The position numbers and the translations under genes were made by a program. This document shows positions 58,469-64,000 of a stretch of DNA of 64,000 bases, one piece after another. Location: positions 186,001 through 250,000 of the forward strand of contig JAWLHB010000004.1 of NCBI GenBank assembly GCA_041690595.1, read 5' to 3'. Source of the stretch: Lentisphaeria bacterium (GTDB lineage Bacteria; Verrucomicrobiota; Lentisphaeria; JABSQK01; JAWLHB01). Within the stretch, counting starts at the first letter, position 1. Each line of letters begins with the position of its first letter. The notes under the pieces are model-generated. The model searched no databases. It was not told the DNA's origin and worked only from the letters and a program-made list of their open reading frames with translations.

Positions 58469-60004
58469 ATGCTGGCAAAGACATTGAGTGCGGCTGTACA
58501 GGGGGTGGACGCCATTACAGTTGAGGTGGAAGTCAACGCCACCGGGGTAGGCGAAAACGTTACCGTCTCCGTTGTCGGCCTTCCCGATACCGCGATCCGC
58601 GAAAGCCGGCAGCGGGTCCGGTCGGCGCTGGAGACGAGCGGCATCTGGCATCCGTTTGGTCACACCATTATCTCGCTCGCGCCCGCGGACGTGCGCAAGG
58701 AAGGGGCCGCCTTCGACCTTCCCATTGCCATCGGGATGATCAGCGCCTGCAAGCACATCGACCGGGAAGCCATCGCCGACAAGATGATCGTGGGTGAGTT
58801 GGCCCTCGATGGGGCCATCCGTCCCATCAAGGGTATTCTTCCCATGGCGATGCACGCTCGTGACCGCGGCGTGGAGTGCATGATGGTGCCACGCGAGAAT
58901 GCCGCGGAGGCGGGGATCGTTCACGGCCTTACCGTCATCGGCGTCGAGTGGCTCGCGGAAGCCATTGCCTTTCTCAAGGGGGAAGTCACCATTGCCCCGA
59001 CCATCACCGACGTCAACGCCTTCTATGTCGCGGAGCCCGATCTGCGCGATGACATGGGCGATATCAAGGGGCAGGCACTCGTGCGCCGTGCGCTGGAAGT
59101 GGCCGCCGCGGGAGGCCACAACATCCTCCTCATCGGGCCACCGGGCACCGGCAAGACGATGATCGCGCGCCGCCTTCCCGGTATCCTGCCTCCCATGCTG
59201 CTGGAAGAAGCGCTCGAAACCACCCGGATTCACAGCATCATGGGCCGCATCAGCAGCGACCAGCCGATCCTCGTGGAGCGCCCCTTTCGGCCGCCACACC
59301 ACACGATCTCCGATGCCGGCCTGATCGGCGGCACCAGCAATCTCACCCCCGGCGAGATCTCCCTCGCCCACAATGGCGTTCTCTTTCTCGACGAGCTGCC
59401 GGAGTTCAAGCGCACCGTCCTGGAAGTCCTTCGCCAGCCGCTGGAATCCGCCAATGTCACCATCAGCCGGGCATCCGGCTCTGTCACCTTTCCCGCCAAC
59501 TTCCAGTTGGTAGCGGCCATGAATCCCTGCCCTTGCGGGCACTACGGCAACCATCAGCGTCAATGCCGCTGCTCCACGCCCGTCATCCAACGCTACCGTT
59601 CCAAGATCTCGGGCCCGCTGCTCGATCGTATCGATCTGCACGTGGAGGTGATGCCTATCAGCGAGGACGAATTGATGGACAAGCCGCGCGGCGAATCCTC
59701 CGCCGCGATTCGCGAACGAGTGATCAGGGCGCGTGAGCGCCAGGCCATACGCTTCCTCAACAGCCACGCTCGCTGCAATGCCGACATGGCTCCCCGCGAG
59801 GTGCAGAGCTGGTGCCAGCTCGACAAACCCAGCCGACGCCTGTTGCGGCTCGCCATCCAGGACCTCAACCTCTCAGCGCGAGCGTACGACCGCATCCTGC
59901 GCGTCGCGCGGACCCTTGCGGATCTGGACGAGGGCGATGAGATCCAGCCTCAGCACATTTCCGAAGCGATTCAGTACCGCAGTCTCGACCGCCAGCTCTG
60001 GTGA
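58469..60004 (+). CDS. comM: YifB/ComM family Mg-chelatase-like AAA+ ATPase
   Basis: [68 protein letters not shown]. Confidence 0.93.
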   Translation: MLAKTLSAAVQGVDAITVEVEVNATGVGENVTVSVVGLPDTAIRESRQRVRSALETSGIWHPFGHTIISLAPADVRKEGAAFDLPIAIGMISACKHIDREAIADKMIVGELALDGAIRPIKGILPMAMHARDRGVECMMVPRENAAEAGIVHGLTVIGVEWLAEAIAFLKGEVTIAPTITDVNAFYVAEPDLRDDMGDIKGQALVRRALEVAAAGGHNILLIGPPGTGKTMIARRLPGILPPMLLEEALETTRIHSIMGRISSDQPILVERPFRPPHHTISDAGLIGGTSNLTPGEISLAHNGVLFLDELPEFKRTVLEVLRQPLESANVTISRASGSVTFPANFQLVAAMNPCPCGHYGNHQRQCRCSTPVIQRYRSKISGPLLDRIDLHVEVMPISEDELMDKPRGESSAAIRERVIRARERQAIRFLNSHARCNADMAPREVQSWCQLDKPSRRLLRLAIQDLNLSARAYDRILRVARTLADLDEGDEIQPQHISEAIQYRSLDRQLW

Positions 60005-60155
60005 GGGGGGCGGGCCTGGATTCTGTTGGCTGCCTTGGCTTGACCAGCGCGGAAAGTGGATGCATCTTGACAGCTCTCCGGGCGCCGGAACTACCGCCAC
60101 AAACATCGTTTAATGTCAGTCGTACCTCAAGCTATCTGAGAAAAGCGTCATCCTC

Positions 60156-61577
60156 ATGAAGATCATTCTGCCCACCTGCCTGCTTCTGCTGATGTTCCTC
60201 CTCACTTCCTGCGTGCCCATGCGCACGGAGTACGCCGATTTGCGGCAGACGATGCTGGCGCGCACGCCGGAGCTGATCGAAAACACGCCTGCCCCCATAC
60301 CCGATCAGCTCACCCTGATTGAAGCCAAACGCCTGGCGTTGCGGGACAATCCCAGCCTGGAAGCGCTGAAGTACCGTATCGATGCGGCGCGCAATCGCTA
60401 TCGCGAAGCGTATACCGCCTACTACCCCCAGTTGAGCGCGCAGCTGGGAGCGCGGCACTACGACCGTACCCCTTCCACCCAGATCTTCGGCGGCACGTCG
60501 TTCTCCAGCGGTAGCCAGGGTTATGAAACGTATGACGGCAGCCTCACCCTTTCGTGGCTGATCTTCGATGGCCTGACGCGCGACCATGCCGCCCTCGCCG
60601 CGCGCTATGCCGTGGATGCCGGAACGGCCGCCAGGGAGGATGCCCAGCGCCTTCTCGCCCAGGCGGTAGCCCGCTTCTTCTATTCCGCGTTGCTCGCGCA
60701 GAAGCGCATGCAGATTTCGATCGCGGACCAGGACTTCAATCAGTCCTTCCTCGACGATACGCAGAAGCGGCGCGATCAGGGCGCCGCCTCGCGCGCCGAT
60801 GTCCTCAACTTCCGTATCCGCCTCGATGACGCTCGTATCAGCTACCTGGACGCCCGGAACGACTATCGCATCGCCTGCATCGTGCTCAACGAACTGATGG
60901 GCTACCCCGGCGCCGCCATCAACGAGACCATCACCTTCATCGAGCCGCCGCCGAGCGAGGTGCAAGTGCCCGAGTCGCTCAGCGAGAGTCTTTCCATTGC
61001 GCTCGTGAAGCGTCCCGACCTGGTGGAGCTGATGGCCGACATGAAGGCGGCACAAGCGCTCATGCGTGCCCGGCGCGGCCTTTACCTGCCGCGGATCAGC
61101 ACCGACGCCACCATGATCTACAGTAATCCCACGGCCGACGTCAGCTCGGACGATATCGGCCTCTCGTGGGGGGTCAACGCCACGTACGATTTTCTTGGCA
61201 GTGGCGCCCACTATTTCGCCGCCCAGGAAGCGGAAGCCCTTCGCGCCGCGGCCAATCTGGACATCACCTCCCGCTGGCAAGCCATTGTCAGCGACATTCG
61301 GCAGCAGGCCCAGAGCCTGAATAATGCCAGAGAGAAGAGCGTGATTCAGCAGGAAATCCTGGAATCGACCCGGACCATCCGCGGCGACGTCGAGAATGCC
61401 TACAAGGCCGGCCAGGTCTCCCTGACGCGACTCAATGAGGCCCAGCGTGATCTGATCATCGCGGATGAACGCTATGCGCTCGATCAGATTCAGGTTCTCC
61501 TTGCCGGCGAAAATCTCGCCGCCGCCATCGGCATTAACACCGCCGGGCTCATCACGGACGACGCCAGCCCCCAGTGA
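60156..61577 (+). CDS. TolC family outer-membrane efflux lipoprotein
   Basis: Lipobox LLTSC; LTL.EA...AL..NP.L; Y.PQLS; two-fold repeat with RPDL...Y.P.I; Y..G..SL..L..AQ. Confidence 0.85.
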   Translation: MKIILPTCLLLLMFLLTSCVPMRTEYADLRQTMLARTPELIENTPAPIPDQLTLIEAKRLALRDNPSLEALKYRIDAARNRYREAYTAYYPQLSAQLGARHYDRTPSTQIFGGTSFSSGSQGYETYDGSLTLSWLIFDGLTRDHAALAARYAVDAGTAAREDAQRLLAQAVARFFYSALLAQKRMQISIADQDFNQSFLDDTQKRRDQGAASRADVLNFRIRLDDARISYLDARNDYRIACIVLNELMGYPGAAINETITFIEPPPSEVQVPESLSESLSIALVKRPDLVELMADMKAAQALMRARRGLYLPRISTDATMIYSNPTADVSSDDIGLSWGVNATYDFLGSGAHYFAAQEAEALRAAANLDITSRWQAIVSDIRQQAQSLNNAREKSVIQQEILESTRTIRGDVENAYKAGQVSLTRLNEAQRDLIIADERYALDQIQVLLAGENLAAAIGINTAGLITDDASPQ

Positions 61578-61622
61578 TTTGGCTGAATTCCGCCACTTTC
61601 CGAGAAAATGCACAAGAAGGAG

Positions 61623-61650
61623 TTGCATTTCGCGGGCTACTCTGCATATT
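61623..61650 (+). promoter_or_regulatory. Putative promoter of rpsA
   Basis: TTGCAT-N16-CATATT upstream of rpsA. Confidence 0.4.
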
Positions 61651-61741
61651 AGCAGTTTCGCGCTTTTTCAGCGTCACTTCTGTCGCTGCAACGAAGAACC
61701 CCTAACCGTTTGTTTTTTGGGCTATCCCCAGAAGAGGCAAT

Positions 61742-63508
61742 ATGGCAGCAGCAACCCAAACCCAGAACCCCGCCGAACGCTCATCCGGGCTCATGATGAT
61801 TGACCTGGACGACATGCCCAGCATGGATGAATTGCTCGGCGAAGAAGAACAAGGGGAATTTGGACAAGGCGAAGTCGTCACTGGTAAAGTCGTCACGATT
61901 CGTGATGACGGCATCATCGTCGACATTGGCTTCAAGTCCGAAGGCTTTGTTCCTAAATCTGAAATGCCCGATTTCGATAAGGTTCAAATCGGCCAGGAAG
62001 TCCGCGCCGTTCTCGAATTGCTCGAGGATGAAGACGAGGACTACATGCCTCTTCTCAGCGTCGCTCGTGCTCAACAGCTCGAAGCCTGGAAAAAATTTAC
62101 CGACAATTACAACGAAGAAGAGACCATCAAGGGTGTCATCAAGTTCCGCGTCAAAGGCGGGCTCATGGTGGACATCGGCGTTGATGCCTTCCTCCCAGGT
62201 TCTCAGGTCGATACCGCGCCTGTCAAGAACATGGATGACTTTGTCGGCAACGAATACGAATTCAAGATCCTCAAGATCAACAGCGAGCGGCAGAATGTCG
62301 TTATATCTCGCCGTGAGTTGCTTGAGGAAGAGAAGCAGCGCCGTCGCTCCAAGCTCATGGCCGAGTTACTTCCGGGCCAGATCCGTCAGGGCATCGTCAA
62401 GAACATCACCGACTTCGGCGCCTTCGTCGACCTGCATGGTGTTGACGGTCTGATTCACATCACCGACATGTCCTGGGGCCGCATCTCGCATCCATCGGAG
62501 CTTGTCTCGATCGGTCAGGAGATCGAATCGGTCATTCTCGACGTCGATCGGGACCAGCAGCGTGTCTCTCTCGGCCTCAAGCAGAAGTCCCCGGATCCAT
62601 GGGAGTCCGTCGAGGACAAGTTCCCGGTCGGCTCGCGTATCAAGGGACGTGTCGTGAACGTGATGCCCTACGGTGGCTTTGTCGAGATCGAGGAAGGAGT
62701 AGAAGGACTCATTCACGTTTCGGAAATGTCCTGGACGCGGCGCATCACTCGCGCCAGCGATGTCCTCAATGTCAATGACGAGGTCGAAGCTGTCGTTCTG
62801 GACGTTCAGCCCGATGCGAAGAAGATTTCCCTCGGCTTGCGGCAGACGATGGAGAATCCATGGCAGCAGGCGGCCGCCAAGTATCCGGCCGGAACGAAGA
62901 TTCGCGGCAAGGTCCGGAACATGACCTCCTACGGCGCCTTCATCGAGATCGAAGAAGGTATCGACGGCATGGTCCACGTCTCGGACATGTCCTGGACCCG
63001 CAAGGTCAACAATCCCGCCGAGGTATTGAAGAAGGGCGAGGAAGTTGACGCCGTCATCCTGGACATCGATCCTGATCAGCAGCGCATCTCACTTGGGCTC
63101 AAGCAGCTCGAAGAGGATCCGTGGTCGCAGATCGAGAAGATGTTCAATGTCAATCAGCAGGTCAAGGGAACGGTCACGAAGCTCACCAGTTTTGGAGCCT
63201 TCGTGGAGTTGGATAATGGTATTGAAGGCTTGATTCACATCTCGCAGCTCAGTGACCAGCAGGTCAACAAGGTGCGGGACGTGGTGCAGGTCGGCGATGA
63301 AGTTGAGGCCAAGGTCATCAAGATCGACGGCGCGGAACGGCGTATCGGTCTGAGCATCAAAGCGCTCAATGAATCCGACGTGGTTGAACCCACTCGAAGC
63401 TCCACTGCTGAACCGGGCGCCCTCAGGCCCGGAGAACATATGGTCGACATGGGCGATGTCTTTGACAGTGCCTTCGGCGAAAGCTACGACGAGGACGACG
63501 AGGACTAG
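61742..63508 (+). CDS. rpsA: 30S ribosomal protein S1
   Basis: Six S1 repeats (VDIG.KSEG; AFLPGSQ; FGAFVDL.GVDGL.H.TD.SW; ISLGLKQ...DPW). Confidence 0.97.
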   Translation: MAAATQTQNPAERSSGLMMIDLDDMPSMDELLGEEEQGEFGQGEVVTGKVVTIRDDGIIVDIGFKSEGFVPKSEMPDFDKVQIGQEVRAVLELLEDEDEDYMPLLSVARAQQLEAWKKFTDNYNEEETIKGVIKFRVKGGLMVDIGVDAFLPGSQVDTAPVKNMDDFVGNEYEFKILKINSERQNVVISRRELLEEEKQRRRSKLMAELLPGQIRQGIVKNITDFGAFVDLHGVDGLIHITDMSWGRISHPSELVSIGQEIESVILDVDRDQQRVSLGLKQKSPDPWESVEDKFPVGSRIKGRVVNVMPYGGFVEIEEGVEGLIHVSEMSWTRRITRASDVLNVNDEVEAVVLDVQPDAKKISLGLRQTMENPWQQAAAKYPAGTKIRGKVRNMTSYGAFIEIEEGIDGMVHVSDMSWTRKVNNPAEVLKKGEEVDAVILDIDPDQQRISLGLKQLEEDPWSQIEKMFNVNQQVKGTVTKLTSFGAFVELDNGIEGLIHISQLSDQQVNKVRDVVQVGDEVEAKVIKIDGAERRIGLSIKALNESDVVEPTRSSTAEPGALRPGEHMVDMGDVFDSAFGESYDEDDED

Positions 63509-63544
63509 AACCCAATTTTCTGCAAAAACTTCAGAAAAAAAGGG

Positions 63545-63572
63545 TTGAATCTCATCACGAATGCCGTAAATT
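63545..63572 (+). promoter_or_regulatory. Putative promoter of tRNA-Thr-tuf
   Basis: A-tracts (UP-like) then TTGAAT-N16-TAAATT about 20 nt upstream of the tRNA. Confidence 0.55.
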
Positions 63573-63593
63573 ATCGGCTCACTTCTTGAAGGC

Positions 63594-63669
<76 letters not shown>

Positions 63670-63805
63670 CTCTTTCAGGGAATTGCCAAGTCCGAGCGTT
63701 GCGCAGCAAGTGCCCCCACCGGACAACGGCTCCATACGCAGCTGACCGGACATTCCATCAGAACCCATCAGATACGAAATCGTTGAGTGACAATCGGAGG
63801 AACCA

Positions 63806-64000
63806 ATGGCTAAAGAGCAATTTCAGCGCAACAAGCCACATGTGAACATCGGCACCATTGGTCACGTTGACCATGGCAAGACGACCCTGACCGCGGCTAT
63901 TACCATGTATCTGTCCCATAAGTACGGCGGTGACGTTCGCACTTTTGATCAGATCGACAATGCCCCGGAGGAGCGTCAGCGCGGTATCACCATCAATACG
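63806..64000 (+). CDS. tuf: Elongation factor Tu, 3'-truncated by window edge (absent from ORF track)
   Basis: [41 protein letters not shown]...[15 protein letters not shown]. Confidence 0.97.
   Translation, partial: MAKEQFQRNKPHVNIGTIGHVDHGKTTLTAAITMYLSHKYGGDVRTFDQIDNAPEERQRGITINT

Noticed and set aside
58469..60004. comM interrupted by a genomic island
   Set aside because: comM ORF is full-length; no integrase or att-like direct repeats seen
60156..61577. Orphan TolC as part of a novel secretion system
   Set aside because: Stand-alone tolC genes are common; no evidence linking it to other loci here

Overview
GC-rich bacterial chromosomal segment, mostly housekeeping genes. A PVC-superphylum origin, possibly Lentisphaerota, is my inference from gene content, not a database result. 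Core genes: rplM-rpsI, LMW phosphatase-rpiB/glyA fusion-ndk-lpxK, recO, hppA, leuS, apgM, comM/yifB, rpsA, tRNA-Thr(GGT) and the start of tuf. There are also Mrp/complex-I-like membrane subunits, nucleotide-sugar enzymes, glycoside hydrolases, a sulfatase and an XRE-ImmA/IrrE + PIN (DUF4411-like) pair. The standout is a tightly coupled 16-kb minus-strand operon (16368-32495). It encodes a 2,865-aa exported TPR/Ig-like/PA14 protein, two more exported TPR proteins, one ExbB/TolQ, two ExbD/TolR, a small TonB/TolA-like SxxxH anchor protein and a membrane-anchored DUF4159 protein, but no TonB-dependent receptor. I read it as a candidate ion-motive-force-driven envelope machine of unknown function. 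A second candidate novelty is a ~105-nt four-way-junction RNA structure with its own terminator between convergent genes (35195-35342). No CRISPR array, rRNA, integrase or transposase was seen. All family assignments are by-eye motif recognition. Several start codons were corrected relative to the ORF track.
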